A DNA stretch of 64,000 nucleotides from Candidatus Magasanikiibacteriota bacterium (GCA_016193335.1 JACPSK010000003.1:23739-87738), one strand, 5' to 3'. Positions 38,802-48,647 are shown, counted from the stretch's first letter. Program-made: numbers and translations. The notes: generated by a model not told the origin, from the letters alone.

Positions 38802-41555
38802 ATGTTGTTCAAGAAAAATGAAGGTTTCCAATTGCTCGTTTGTTCCTCTTGTGGCGCTCTTGGGTATAAGGGGGCCAGAGTTTGTCGGGAGTGCAAAGGG
38901 AGGAGCCTCGGTCGTTTCACTCCCGGCTTTTTTTTGTATTATGGGGAAGCTCTCACTCGTTATCATATTGTTTTGAGAAAATTGAGAGTGAAATTATATA
39001 TATTTCAGATCATAGGAGCTCTGATTTTTTTGTTCGGAGGCATCGCTTTGTTTTTTTGGCAGGTTTACGCGAATGCTTTGTTTGCCGATGTACTCTCGTA
39101 TGAGTTTTGGTTTGCTTACCGGTTCCCCGCTCGGGCGCTTTTTTGGATTTCAGCGGCTTCTGCTTTATATTTATTTTATCAAAAACAGAGTTCCCGTCTT
39201 CGTCAAGAGGATACAGGAGAAATCACCTATGGCGAAGAACCTCGAGCCCTTCTTCAACATCAGCCTCTCGACTGGAAGGATGTCAATTTATTGGATAAAG
39301 ACCATCTGCGAGACATTTCTCAGTTTTTTACCCGTTCGGCGAAAGATACCTTGGAACAGGCTTATGCTTTGGCGGATGAACAGGGCGCGGAGGAGCTGGG
39401 TTCAGCCCATCTTTTTTACGCGCTTCTCTCTGACGCTCAAGTTTCACATATTTTTGCTCGTTTGGGTCTTCCGGCCAAACTCATACAAGCAAAAGTGGCC
39501 GCGGCTCTTTCAAAAAAGAAACGAAAAGATCCTCCCCGCCTTTCCAATGATCTGGCGCAAATATTATTTCATGCCTATGAATTTGCTCTCGAAACCAAAG
39601 ACCGCTATGTGAGAGGCAGCGCGCTTTTGGCCGCCACGGTTGGCCAATCGGAACCTGTTCAGGAATTTTTGTATGATCTGAAAGTAGATCAAAGAAAACT
39701 GTATAACGTGATTGCTTGGGTTCGAATTCGGGAACGCCTCTCAGAAGAACACAGGCTATTTCGCGAAGCGGCCGCGCATTGGAGCAAGTACGGCATGGAC
39801 CGAGCCATGACCGCCGTTGCCACTCCTTTTTTAAACAGCATCAGCCAGGATATTACTTTGGCGGCCAAATATGGGAATCTTTCTCCTTGCGTTGCTCGGG
39901 ACAAAGAAATTCAAGAAATATTCAGAATCATAGAAGGGGGTCGCAACAGTGTTTTGTTGGTGGGCGATCAAGGGGTCGGCAAAATGAGTATTGTGGAAGG
40001 TATTGCTCAGCTCATGCTTCGCGGCGAGATTCCGGTTCGTCTTAAGGAAAAACGACTTGTTCAGATTTCCACTTCCGCTCTCTTGGCAGGCACTACGGTA
40101 AGCGGGGCTCAACAGCGCGTATTACAATTGATGAATGAAGTGGCCAAAGCGAAGAATGTCGTTTTGTTTGTACGCAATATCCACGATTTGATGGGTTCTT
40201 CCGACAGTGGTGGGTCTCAAGGTCTCGACGTTTCCGAAACCTTGGCTGAATATCTGGGCCCGGGCCGTTTTTTGACTCTCGCGACCGCAAGTCCGGAAGC
40301 TTATAAACGTTCTATGGCTCGTTCGGCGATTTCCAAAGTTTTTAGCAAAGTGGATGTGGCCGAGATGACTACTGATCAGGCCATACAGGTTTTGGAATCA
40401 AAAGCAGGTTTTGTCGAGTATCAACAGCATGTGTATTTTTCGTATGACGCGCTTGAACAATGCGTGGATTTGTCGAATAAATTTTTTCATGATCAGAATC
40501 TTCCGGAGAGCGCTTTGTCTCTTATGAGTGAAGTCGCGAGTTTTGTGCGTAGCGAGAGGGGAGAGGGCCAATTGGTAAACCCCGAAGATGTGGGGACTGT
40601 CGTGGGTCAAAAAACCGGAATTCCGGCCAGTAGCATCACAGAGGCCGAATCAGAAAAATTACTGCGTCTGGAACAAGAAATGCACGAGCGGATCGTGGGT
40701 CAGGATGAAGCGGTCATTTCGGTGGCCAATGCTTTGCGTCGCGCCAGAGCACAAATTCGTTCGCAAAAACGCCCTATCGCCAATTTTTTGTTTCTTGGTC
40801 CTACCGGAGTTGGGAAAACCGAGCTCGCCAAAACGATAGCAGACGTGTATTTTGGCGGAGAAAATCGCATGATCCGCGTGGACATGAGCGAATATCAAGA
40901 CAAAACAGGGGTTTATCGTCTCATAGGACAGCCCGGAGAGCAGGGGAGCGGCATTCTCACCGAAGCTGTGCGCGGGAATCCTTTCTCTTTGTTGCTTTTT
41001 GATGAGTTGGAAAAAGCGGATCCGAACATTTTGAATTTGTTTCTTCAAGTTTTTGACGATGGCAGGCTTACGGACAGCGTGGGGAGAGCCGCTGATTTTA
41101 CCAATACCATTATTATAGCCACTTCAAACGCGGGAACGGCCTATGTACAAAAACGCATCAAGGAAGGAGCTCCTTTGAAAGAAATAAAAGAAGAATTGAT
41201 GCGAGATAAACTCCAAGAATATTATCGTCCGGAATTTCTCAATCGTTTTGATGGTATTGTTTTATTTAAACCTCTTGGCCGTGACGAAATCAAAATTATA
41301 GCTTCTTTCATGCTCAAGCGGGTAGCCAAAGATTTGGAACAGCGCGGAGTGGGGCTTCGCGTGGAGGACAGCGCTCTCGAAGCCTTGGCCGCGGTTGGCT
41401 ATGATCCTGAGTTTGGAGCCCGCCCTATGCGCAGAGCCATACAAGACATGGTGGAAGACAAATTGGCTTCTCTCATACTAGAAAATAAACTTAAGCGCCG
41501 GGACACGGTGGTGCTTGGGGAGGGGGCGGAAATAAGGGTGGAATCAGGGCGCTGA
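38802..41555 (+). CDS. Clp/Hsp100-family double AAA+ ATPase with N-terminal C4 zinc-ribbon and two TM helices (membrane-anchored)
   Basis: CxxC-x10-CxxC, two TM helices, two Clp_N repeats, D1 Walker A GDQGVGKMSIVEG, D2 GPTGVGKTELAK plus DELEKA. No long M-domain and no obvious IGF/LGF loop. Confidence 0.8.
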   Translation: MLFKKNEGFQLLVCSSCGALGYKGARVCRECKGRSLGRFTPGFFLYYGEALTRYHIVLRKLRVKLYIFQIIGALIFLFGGIALFFWQVYANALFADVLSYEFWFAYRFPARALFWISAASALYLFYQKQSSRLRQEDTGEITYGEEPRALLQHQPLDWKDVNLLDKDHLRDISQFFTRSAKDTLEQAYALADEQGAEELGSAHLFYALLSDAQVSHIFARLGLPAKLIQAKVAAALSKKKRKDPPRLSNDLAQILFHAYEFALETKDRYVRGSALLAATVGQSEPVQEFLYDLKVDQRKLYNVIAWVRIRERLSEEHRLFREAAAHWSKYGMDRAMTAVATPFLNSISQDITLAAKYGNLSPCVARDKEIQEIFRIIEGGRNSVLLVGDQGVGKMSIVEGIAQLMLRGEIPVRLKEKRLVQISTSALLAGTTVSGAQQRVLQLMNEVAKAKNVVLFVRNIHDLMGSSDSGGSQGLDVSETLAEYLGPGRFLTLATASPEAYKRSMARSAISKVFSKVDVAEMTTDQAIQVLESKAGFVEYQQHVYFSYDALEQCVDLSNKFFHDQNLPESALSLMSEVASFVRSERGEGQLVNPEDVGTVVGQKTGIPASSITEAESEKLLRLEQEMHERIVGQDEAVISVANALRRARAQIRSQKRPIANFLFLGPTGVGKTELAKTIADVYFGGENRMIRVDMSEYQDKTGVYRLIGQPGEQGSGILTEAVRGNPFSLLLFDELEKADPNILNLFLQVFDDGRLTDSVGRAADFTNTIIIATSNAGTAYVQKRIKEGAPLKEIKEELMRDKLQEYYRPEFLNRFDGIVLFKPLGRDEIKIIASFMLKRVAKDLEQRGVGLRVEDSALEALAAVGYDPEFGARPMRRAIQDMVEDKLASLILENKLKRRDTVVLGEGAEIRVESGR

Positions 41556-41619
41556 AAGAAGATTATCACGGCTATTGCTATTGGATAGTGGGATTTGCTA
41601 TAGTACATTGTCATTATAT

Positions 41620-41645
41620 GAAATTTTCAATTTATAATTTTTAAA
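41620..41645 (+). repeat. 26-mer GAAATTTTCAATTTATAATTTTTAAA (copy 1 of 2)
   Basis: Identical except 1 nt to 44831-44856. Contains a TATAAT hexamer. Upstream of the GT4 transferase gene. Confidence 0.6.
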
Positions 41646-41683
41646 TTTGTAATGACACAGTTTCCAATGATATAAACAAAATA

Positions 41684-42811
41684 TTGTTATCTGAAATATA
41701 CTGCGCAGGCTCAGTCATTAGAAATTATTTATTGAAAATTTACAGAATTATGTACCTCGGTTATTTCATTGTGTCTTCTCTTCTTTCTCTTCTCATAACC
41801 CCCTTCGTCTATTATGCCATGTATAAGGTCGGGGCGGTGGATAGTCCCCAAGGAGAAAAAAGAAAAATTCATAAGAAAAAAATTCCTCTAGGAGGCGGTT
41901 TGGCCATTTTTTTGAGTTTTTTCATTATCGTTTGGATTGTTTTTTTCGGTTCCGAGGAGCTGGGATCTTACGTGGGTTTTAGACATATCTTGGGCCTTTT
42001 TTTGGCGGGCTCAGTGCTTATGTTTGGCGGTTTTCTTGATGACAAGTGGAGGCTGTCTCCTTCGAAACAACTTTTTTTTTCGATTATCGCGGCTTTACTT
42101 ATTATTGTCTTCGGGATAGGTCCTCACAGTTTTAGCAATCCTTTTGGCGGCTCTTTTGATTTGTCCGGTTTACAGATTAATGTCGGCAATCTTGGACGCT
42201 TGGTAGTTTTCGCGGATTTGCTGGTTTTCGCCTGGCTCATGGGCATGATGTTCACAACCAAATTTTTGGATGGGCTCGACGGTTTGGTTACGGGATTGGT
42301 TATGATAGGGTCTTTGTTCATATTTTTTTTGAGTCTTCAAGATCAATGGCGTCAGCCGGAAGTGGCTCTGTTGTCCATTATTTTCGCGGGGGCTTGCCTC
42401 GGTTTTTTGGTTTGGAACTGGCATCCGGCGAAAATATTTTTGGGAGAGGGAGGTTCTTTGTTCACCGGTTTGGCTCTTGCGGTGCTCGCCATTATTTCAG
42501 AAGGTAAAATAGCGACCACGCTTTTGGTTATGGGCTTGCCTGTTCTCGATGTTTTGCGGGTTATCGTGAGAAGGATGCAGAAAAAAAGATCCATTTTCCA
42601 TGGAGATGATGAGCATTTGCATTTTAAACTTTTGGCTTCAGGTTTGAAACAACATCAGGCAGTGCTTCTCATGTACGCCATTTCTCTTTCTTTCGGGCTG
42701 AGCGCCTTTTTTTTGCAAAGCACTCAGAAAGTATTGGCCCTACTTTTGCTTTTGTTGCTTATGATTTTGCTCGGTGTTTGGTTCGACCGAAGGGAGAAAG
42801 CTTTGCTATAA
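41684..42811 (+). CDS. Polyprenyl-phosphate sugar-1-phosphate transferase, MraY/WecA (GT4) family, WecA/TagO-like
   Basis: KIHKKKIPLGGGLAIF, DDKWRLSP motifs, 10-11 TM. Likely start at the internal ATG near 41750. Confidence 0.8.
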   Translation: MLSEIYCAGSVIRNYLLKIYRIMYLGYFIVSSLLSLLITPFVYYAMYKVGAVDSPQGEKRKIHKKKIPLGGGLAIFLSFFIIVWIVFFGSEELGSYVGFRHILGLFLAGSVLMFGGFLDDKWRLSPSKQLFFSIIAALLIIVFGIGPHSFSNPFGGSFDLSGLQINVGNLGRLVVFADLLVFAWLMGMMFTTKFLDGLDGLVTGLVMIGSLFIFFLSLQDQWRQPEVALLSIIFAGACLGFLVWNWHPAKIFLGEGGSLFTGLALAVLAIISEGKIATTLLVMGLPVLDVLRVIVRRMQKKRSIFHGDDEHLHFKLLASGLKQHQAVLLMYAISLSFGLSAFFLQSTQKVLALLLLLLLMILLGVWFDRREKALL

Positions 42812-42814
42812 TCT

Positions 42815-43291
42815 ATGCGGACATCAGAAATGAAAAAGCATCCGAAACACGTAAAAATGGTCTTTGTTCTTTTCATTTCCGCTTTGGTTTTTCTTCAACT
42901 TTGGAAATTTTATTGGCCAAGCTTGGATCTTGGACTTAAAAATGAGAATCTTCATGTTTTGCACGCCAAGACCTTGTTTCAACAGTATCGGGGCCTTGGA
43001 AAGAGAGAATCTTTGGGCCGCTTTGATGGGATGCTCTTTGTTTTTGATGTCTACGCCAAACACGGGATCGTTATGAGAGATATGATGTTTCCCATAGACA
43101 TTGTGTGGCTGAGGGACGCCAAGGTGGTGGATATTGCTCCGGACGTGCAGACTGAACCCGGGACGCCTGAAAAATATTTGCGCCGGTATTATCCCAGGAT
43201 AGAAGCCAATATGGTTCTTGAACTTCCGGCCGCCTGGGCGCAAAAACATGAGCTAAAGATCGGTGATGAATTGAGAATTTTGGACCCTTAG
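42815..43291 (+). CDS. DUF192-domain protein
   Basis: GMLFVFDV....MRDMMFPIDIVWL..VVDI pattern typical of DUF192 (COG1430). Confidence 0.55.
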   Translation: MRTSEMKKHPKHVKMVFVLFISALVFLQLWKFYWPSLDLGLKNENLHVLHAKTLFQQYRGLGKRESLGRFDGMLFVFDVYAKHGIVMRDMMFPIDIVWLRDAKVVDIAPDVQTEPGTPEKYLRRYYPRIEANMVLELPAAWAQKHELKIGDELRILDP

Positions 43292-43360
43292 CCGGGGTTT
43301 GTTGCGCTAGGATTTACTTTTATAAAGAGATAGGGGCTTGTCTCAGCCCACAACGTGGCC

Positions 43361-43392
43361 CTTGACTTTTTTCTCTCGTCTCTATATACTGT
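43361..43392 (+). promoter_or_regulatory. Putative sigma70-type promoter of rplU (TTGACT-N17-TATACT)
   Basis: Near-consensus hexamers about 35 nt upstream of the L21 start. Confidence 0.35.
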
Positions 43393-43426
43393 CCACATTC
43401 CTTTTGAATTTTTAATTCATACATGT

Positions 43427-43738
43427 ATGATCGCGGTCATCGCAACAGGCGGAAAACAATATCTTGTCAAGACCGGAGAGACGCTTAAAATCGAGAAAAT
43501 TAAGGGCGAACCCGGGGAAGAAGTAATCTTTGACAAAATTTTGCTTTTGGCGAAAGATGATGGTTCTGAAGCTCAGATTGGCACGCCGTATCTTGAAGGT
43601 GTCTCTATATCGGCCAACCTGGAAGAGCAGGGGAGATCCCGCAAACTGAGAGTCGTCAAGTTTAAAAGAAAGGTAAGATATAAGCGTGTTCACGGACACA
43701 GACAGCATTTCACGAAAGTGAAAGTGAAGACGGCTTAA
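43427..43738 (+). CDS. rplU: 50S ribosomal protein L21
   Basis: MIAVIATGGKQYLVKTGETLKIEK... Start at the internal ATG (ORF track 43355). Confidence 0.9.
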   Translation: MIAVIATGGKQYLVKTGETLKIEKIKGEPGEEVIFDKILLLAKDDGSEAQIGTPYLEGVSISANLEEQGRSRKLRVVKFKRKVRYKRVHGHRQHFTKVKVKTA

Positions 43739-43758
43739 GAACGGTTTACCTTGATACC

Positions 43759-43795
43759 AAAACATCCCTTGCGCGGGGATGTTTTATTTTGGGCG
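43759..43795 (+). terminator. Rho-independent terminator (CATCCC-TTGCGC-GGGATG + TTTTATTTTGGG) after rplU
   Basis: Hairpin plus T-run. No rpmA follows; the next gene is convergent recR. Confidence 0.65.
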
Positions 43796-43848
43796 CGCCC
43801 ATTAAAGTGATAAAAAGTATTTTGTCACTTAGCCTGGTGGAAATGTAC

Positions 43849-44457
43849 TCAACTCTGTTGTCTGTTTTTTAAGGCGCTGCTCAAGGTGATCTCATCCGCG
43901 TATTGCAGATCGCTACCCATGGGAAGGCCTCTCGCCAGACGACTCAGTTTCACCGGAATCTCCGATTTTTTGATTTGCTGTTCCAGATACATCATCGTTG
44001 TTTCACCCGGCAGGTCCGGGTTGAGAGCAAGAAGGATTTCTTGAATTTTATCTTGAGATATTCTTTTGAATAATTCAGCAGACTTCAGATGGGCTGTCGG
44101 GTGCTCTGCTTCGCTGTCCAAAGTTCCTCGCAATATATGGTAGAGACCTTTGAATTGACCGGTGCGTTCTATGGCGCGCATGTCTTGCGGCTCTGCCACT
44201 ACGCAGATGAGAGATCTGTCCCGACTGCCGTCAGCGCAGAGGCGGCAAGGTGAAGTATCTGAGAAATCCCAGCATGATTCACAGCTTTTTATGCTCTGCA
44301 TAATATTGCCGAGAGCTTGGGAGAGCTCGGCCACTTCTTTTTTGCCTGATTTTAAGAAGAAAAATACAAAACGTTCGGCGCTGCGTCTTCCCACGCCTGG
44401 TAATTTTTCAAAGCATTTAATCAAAGATTCTATGGCTATGGGATAGGAGGGTATCAT
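43849..44457 (-). CDS. recR: Recombination protein RecR
   Basis: HhH LPGVGRRSAERF, C4 zinc finger CESCWDFSDTSPCRLC, Toprim domain. Confidence 0.9.
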   Translation of the reverse strand: MIPSYPIAIESLIKCFEKLPGVGRRSAERFVFFFLKSGKKEVAELSQALGNIMQSIKSCESCWDFSDTSPCRLCADGSRDRSLICVVAEPQDMRAIERTGQFKGLYHILRGTLDSEAEHPTAHLKSAELFKRISQDKIQEILLALNPDLPGETTMMYLEQQIKKSEIPVKLSRLARGLPMGSDLQYADEITLSSALKNRQQS

Positions 44458-44516
44458 ACAAAAAAATTTGAACTTTTCGCGCGAGGAATACTGCGGAGCT
44501 CAGTTTGAAGGCTGGT

Positions 44517-44822
44517 TTAATTGCTTTTCCCGAAGATATTGGGAAGTCCGCCCATTTCTTTCATTTTCATGGCCATGATGCGCTGTATTTTTTTCAGTGC
44601 GTCTTTGTGAGCTTCTTTGATCGCTTCCTGGAGTTTTTCTTTTTTCGAAGGATCCAAAAGTTCTTCATCTATGGCGAGGCCTGTCATCTGGAGATTGCCA
44701 TCCATGCTCAAGACTACTTTGTCTCCGGCGCTTTTTACGGTTACTGATTCTTTTTCAAGAGCGCTCTGCATTGTTTTGGCTTGGTCTCTCATGTCTTTGA
44801 ATTGTTTGAGTTTGTTGAACAT
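44517..44822 (-). CDS. ybaB: Nucleoid-associated protein YbaB/EbfC
   Basis: MFNKLKQFKDMRDQAKTMQ...MAMKM, 101 aa. recR neighbour. Confidence 0.9.
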   Translation of the reverse strand: MFNKLKQFKDMRDQAKTMQSALEKESVTVKSAGDKVVLSMDGNLQMTGLAIDEELLDPSKKEKLQEAIKEAHKDALKKIQRIMAMKMKEMGGLPNIFGKSN

Positions 44823-44830
44823 ACTTACTT

Positions 44831-44856
44831 AGAAATTTTTAATTTATAATTTTTAA
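44831..44856 (+). repeat. 26-mer GAAATTTTTAATTTATAATTTTTAAA (copy 2 of 2)
   Basis: See 41620-41645. Here it lies about 10-35 nt upstream of the ybaB start, on the opposite strand. Confidence 0.6.
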
Positions 44857-44883
44857 ACAATTTTTAATTCTTTTATGCGATAT

Positions 44884-46320
44884 TTAGAAATGGGGGACAG
44901 GAGCCTGGGCTCTCGGAACACTTGCCTGGGGCCGTGGCGCTTCTTCAAGTTGGTTATCCAAATTTTTGAAGCTCGCCCGTTCTTCTTCAAAGAACACACT
45001 TACTTGGCCAGTGGGTCCGTTTCTATGCTTTGCTATGTGCAGTTCGGCGATATGCCGTTCATCGGGCGGGATATCATCAAGGCGGTAGTTTCGATCCGCG
45101 GCTTTGCGATAGATAAAGAGCACCACATCGGCATCTTGCTCAATACTACCAGATTCTCTGAGGTGCGACAACTTGGGAATGGCTGGTTTTGTTTGTTCCA
45201 CCGCGCGAGAAAGCTGAGACAAAGCAAGCACCGGTACGTTCAATTCTCTGGCTATACCTTTTAGATTTCTGGTCATTTCCGCCACCTCCTGCACTCGATT
45301 GTCAGAACCGTGTTTGGTATGAGATTCCATGAGCTGCAAATAGTCTATTACGATGAGGCCAAGGCCGTGCTCTGCCTGGAGTCGCCGAGCCTTGGTTCGT
45401 ATTTGCATCACATTATTACCGGGAAAGTCATCTATAAAAATTTGAGCATCTGAAAGTACACCCATGGCATGGCCGATTCTTGGAAAATCATTGCTATCCG
45501 GCCTGTCCGACAAATTGCCGGTGCGCATTTTCCATAAGTCCACTCCCGCTTCGGCGCAGAGCAGGCGATCTACCAGTTGTTCTTTGCTCATTTCCAAGGA
45601 AAAAAAACCAACCGGAGCTTTTACGCGCACAGCCACATGACGCACGATATCTAGAGCGAGAGAGGTTTTCCCAACAGAAGGACGGGCCGCGAGAATGATG
45701 AGGTCTGATTTTTGGAGTCCTGCCAGGAGATTATCCAGGCGTTTAAATCCGGTTGCCAAGCCCCGGAGTTTGCCCCGTTCCCGATGCAATTCATCTATGC
45801 GTTCAAAAGCATCGCTCAAAACGCCTCTGATGGGGACGAAATTTTGTTTTATGTGTTTTTGCGTTACGCTAAACAATTGTTTTTGAGCTTGGTCGAGGAG
45901 GGATTCTATGTCTTCGCTGTCTTCTTGGTATCCCAGTCTTGATATTTCATGAGCCGATTGCAAAAGTTTTCGGAGCGTTGATTTGCGTAGTACGATGTCG
46001 GCATAGTGTTTTATATGAGCCGCGGTGGGAACATTGTTGGACAGCCTCACGAGATAACTTCTGCCCCCTATGGTTTCGACTTGTTTTTTTTCTTCGAGTC
46101 TATTTCCCAGAGTGAGGATATCTATAGGTTCGCTTTTTCTATAGAGTTCTTGCATGGCCTCGAAGATATCGGCATGAGCTTTTTTATAAAAATCCTCGGC
46201 TCCGATAGTGTCGGCGATTTTTAGCATGGCTTCTTTATCCAACAAAACAGAGCCGAGCAAAGACATTTCGGCTTCCAAATTTTGCGGGGGCATTTTTTCG
46301 ACTTCAGTTATGCTTGGCAC
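44884..46320 (-). CDS. dnaB: Replicative DNA helicase DnaB
   Basis: N-terminal LEAEMSLLGSVLLD. Walker A GARPSVGKTSLALD and RecA-like helicase motifs. Confidence 0.9.
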   Translation of the reverse strand: MPSITEVEKMPPQNLEAEMSLLGSVLLDKEAMLKIADTIGAEDFYKKAHADIFEAMQELYRKSEPIDILTLGNRLEEKKQVETIGGRSYLVRLSNNVPTAAHIKHYADIVLRKSTLRKLLQSAHEISRLGYQEDSEDIESLLDQAQKQLFSVTQKHIKQNFVPIRGVLSDAFERIDELHRERGKLRGLATGFKRLDNLLAGLQKSDLIILAARPSVGKTSLALDIVRHVAVRVKAPVGFFSLEMSKEQLVDRLLCAEAGVDLWKMRTGNLSDRPDSNDFPRIGHAMGVLSDAQIFIDDFPGNNVMQIRTKARRLQAEHGLGLIVIDYLQLMESHTKHGSDNRVQEVAEMTRNLKGIARELNVPVLALSQLSRAVEQTKPAIPKLSHLRESGSIEQDADVVLFIYRKAADRNYRLDDIPPDERHIAELHIAKHRNGPTGQVSVFFEEERASFKNLDNQLEEAPRPQASVPRAQAPVPHF

Positions 46321-46470
46321 AGAGCTTTCTAATAAAATATACGTTCACTTTAGGCTCTCTAGATCGAGCGTTTGTATGGTAGCCTATTTGCAGGAGGCCT
46401 TCAAGACTGAATTTTGCCGAGTGTGGGGAACTTGTTGATATGAGGTGCGCTCCTTGAAAAATGGCATGGA

Positions 46471-47397
46471 GTGTCATATACTTGCGCCATACAAACTATG
46501 CCGGATTTTTTTGATCCTCAATTTTCTTCTCATATATATAAAGAGAATCCCGAGATTTTCCTCTGTTGGCCTTCGGATATGAACGATTTGGCGAAGGCTG
46601 AAGCAGAACACCACGACCATGATCATGAAGACCCGTTTGAAGTCCATCAGTTGGAGTCTTGGCGCAACCGGTTTTATCATAGGCGTATTTGGAAACTGCT
46701 CCAAAAAATGCCTGTCAGCTCGCGAATTTTGGAAGTCGGCGCAGGGAGTGGATTTGACGCCAAAGAACTTTTGGGGAGAAACTATGAATTGGTGCTCGGC
46801 GATGTATCTCCGGAAACTTTGAATCGGCTTTCACAGCGTCTTGGTCTTTTATCCGATGAACGAGTTTATTATGTGGCTCTTGACGCGGAACATCTGCCCT
46901 TTCTCAGTAATTCCTTTGAAGCCATGTATATGATAGCCACCTTTCACCATGTAGAGAGCCCGATCGCCGCGCTTGCGGAAGCCGAGAGGGTGCTTAAGCC
47001 CGATGGCCTCCTTATACTCGGTGTTGAGCCAAACCTAACGTACTTTAGACCCATCCGGTGGTTTAAAGGAATTTTGTATAGACTTTCGCATACTGACCCG
47101 GAGCACATTTCAAAAGCAGACGCTCAAATGGAGGGCTTTTCCAAAAGCCAGCTTGACCTGCTGTTTAAAGGAAAAGAATGGAAAGACCTTTCGATACGCC
47201 CCATGTGGTTTATCGCGGGTTTCTTTCATTATGTGATGGAATTTATGTTTCGAGCTTTAAAGCTGTCAAAACGTCTGCGCTTGCCGCTTTGGTTTGAGAA
47301 GTTTTTGGTACGGCTTGATGAATTTTTATTTAAAATTCCAGGGTTTTCTTATCTCGCTTGGCACTGGGTTCTGACAGCGCGCAAACGAGAATCATAA
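46471..47397 (+). CDS. Class I SAM-dependent methyltransferase
   Basis: ILEVGAGSGFDAKEL motif I, LGDVS, DAEHLPF motif. Confidence 0.7.
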   Translation: MSYTCAIQTMPDFFDPQFSSHIYKENPEIFLCWPSDMNDLAKAEAEHHDHDHEDPFEVHQLESWRNRFYHRRIWKLLQKMPVSSRILEVGAGSGFDAKELLGRNYELVLGDVSPETLNRLSQRLGLLSDERVYYVALDAEHLPFLSNSFEAMYMIATFHHVESPIAALAEAERVLKPDGLLILGVEPNLTYFRPIRWFKGILYRLSHTDPEHISKADAQMEGFSKSQLDLLFKGKEWKDLSIRPMWFIAGFFHYVMEFMFRALKLSKRLRLPLWFEKFLVRLDEFLFKIPGFSYLAWHWVLTARKRES

Positions 47398-47410
47398 GCA
47401 TAACGCAGGC

Positions 47411-48610
47411 ATGAAAATTTGCATCATCAATAATATATACCCCCCCTACGATAGGGGAGGAGCCGAACAAGTGGTGGTAAAAACCGTGGAAGGCTTGCTC
47501 GAGGCGGGACAGGAAGTCGTGGTGATAACGAGTTCTCCTGAAGATAAGGATTTGGAATTAGATGGAGCTCTCAAAATTTATCGCAAGCGTCCTCCTAATA
47601 TTTTTTTTTATACCGAAGCCCATGATCATGCGTGGGCCAGCCGTTTTCTTTGGCATGGCATCGATACCTTCAATGTTTTTTGCGCGAACTGGGTCCGTGA
47701 TATTTTGATCAAAGAAGCCCCTGACGTGGTGCATACCCACAACTTGATGGGGTTGAGTTTTTTGATACCCAAAATTATTCGTTCTCTGGGTTTGAGACAT
47801 GTGCATCATGTGCACGATGTGCAGCTGGTAGAGCCGAGCGCCATGATTTTTAAAGCCAAGGAATCTTCGTGGAGATATAATGGATTGCCAACCAGATTTT
47901 ATACTTGGATCATGAAAGGACTCATGGGTTCTCCGTCTGTAGTCGTTTCTCCTTCTCAGTTTTTGAAAGATTTTTATGGATCTCGGGGTTTTTTTTCTCA
48001 TTCTCGATTTGAAATAGTGCGCAATCCGGTTACTTTTCCGATCAGTTCTGAAATTCGCTCAGAAATAAAACACGAAGATAGAGCTTTTAATTTTTTGTAT
48101 CTCGGCCAAATTGAATATCACAAAGGCGTTTTGCTTTTGATGCGAGCTTTTGTGGAGGCCGTCAAAAAATACGGACTTCGAGCAGACTTGCATGTGGTGG
48201 GGGACGGTTCTTTGCTGGATACGCTCAAATCTCTGGCGGCTTCTTATTCTTTTGTGCATATATATGGAAAAAAGGACCGGGCCGCAATCCCCGATTTATT
48301 CCGAATTATGGATATGACTGTGGTGCCTTCCCTCTGTTATGAAAATTCTCCCACGGTTATTTTTGAAAGTTTTGCTTTTGGTGTGCCGGTTCTTGCCAGT
48401 GATAGCGAAGGAATAGCCGAGCTTATAGAAGAAGGAGCCAATGGTTTGACTTTTGAACCGGGTGATCAGGCATCTTTGGAAGAAAAAATTGCCTACTGTG
48501 TTTTCAACAAAAAAGAAATTTTTGAAATGGGCAAAAAAACAAGACGTTCGCTCAAGGGCTTATTGGAGGGAGAATACATAGGCACACTTATGTCTTTGTA
48601 CACTCCTTAA
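47411..48610 (+). CDS. GT-B glycosyltransferase, family 4 (Glycos_transf_1)
   Basis: N-terminal PPYDRGGAEQVV. C-terminal E-x7-E region (FESFAFGVPVLASD..GIAELIEEG). Confidence 0.8.
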   Translation: MKICIINNIYPPYDRGGAEQVVVKTVEGLLEAGQEVVVITSSPEDKDLELDGALKIYRKRPPNIFFYTEAHDHAWASRFLWHGIDTFNVFCANWVRDILIKEAPDVVHTHNLMGLSFLIPKIIRSLGLRHVHHVHDVQLVEPSAMIFKAKESSWRYNGLPTRFYTWIMKGLMGSPSVVVSPSQFLKDFYGSRGFFSHSRFEIVRNPVTFPISSEIRSEIKHEDRAFNFLYLGQIEYHKGVLLLMRAFVEAVKKYGLRADLHVVGDGSLLDTLKSLAASYSFVHIYGKKDRAAIPDLFRIMDMTVVPSLCYENSPTVIFESFAFGVPVLASDSEGIAELIEEGANGLTFEPGDQASLEEKIAYCVFNKKEIFEMGKKTRRSLKGLLEGEYIGTLMSLYTP

Positions 48611-48647
48611 CACGGCTGTTTCGCCGGAATTATTTGTGGATCGATGT

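Noticed and set aside
38802-38976. Alternative that the zinc-ribbon/TM region is a separate small gene upstream of the Clp ATPase
   Set aside because: There is no stop codon between the hydrophobic region and the Clp_N repeats, and no internal in-frame Met with an RBS before the Clp_N domain. The fusion reading is retained, flagged for verification.
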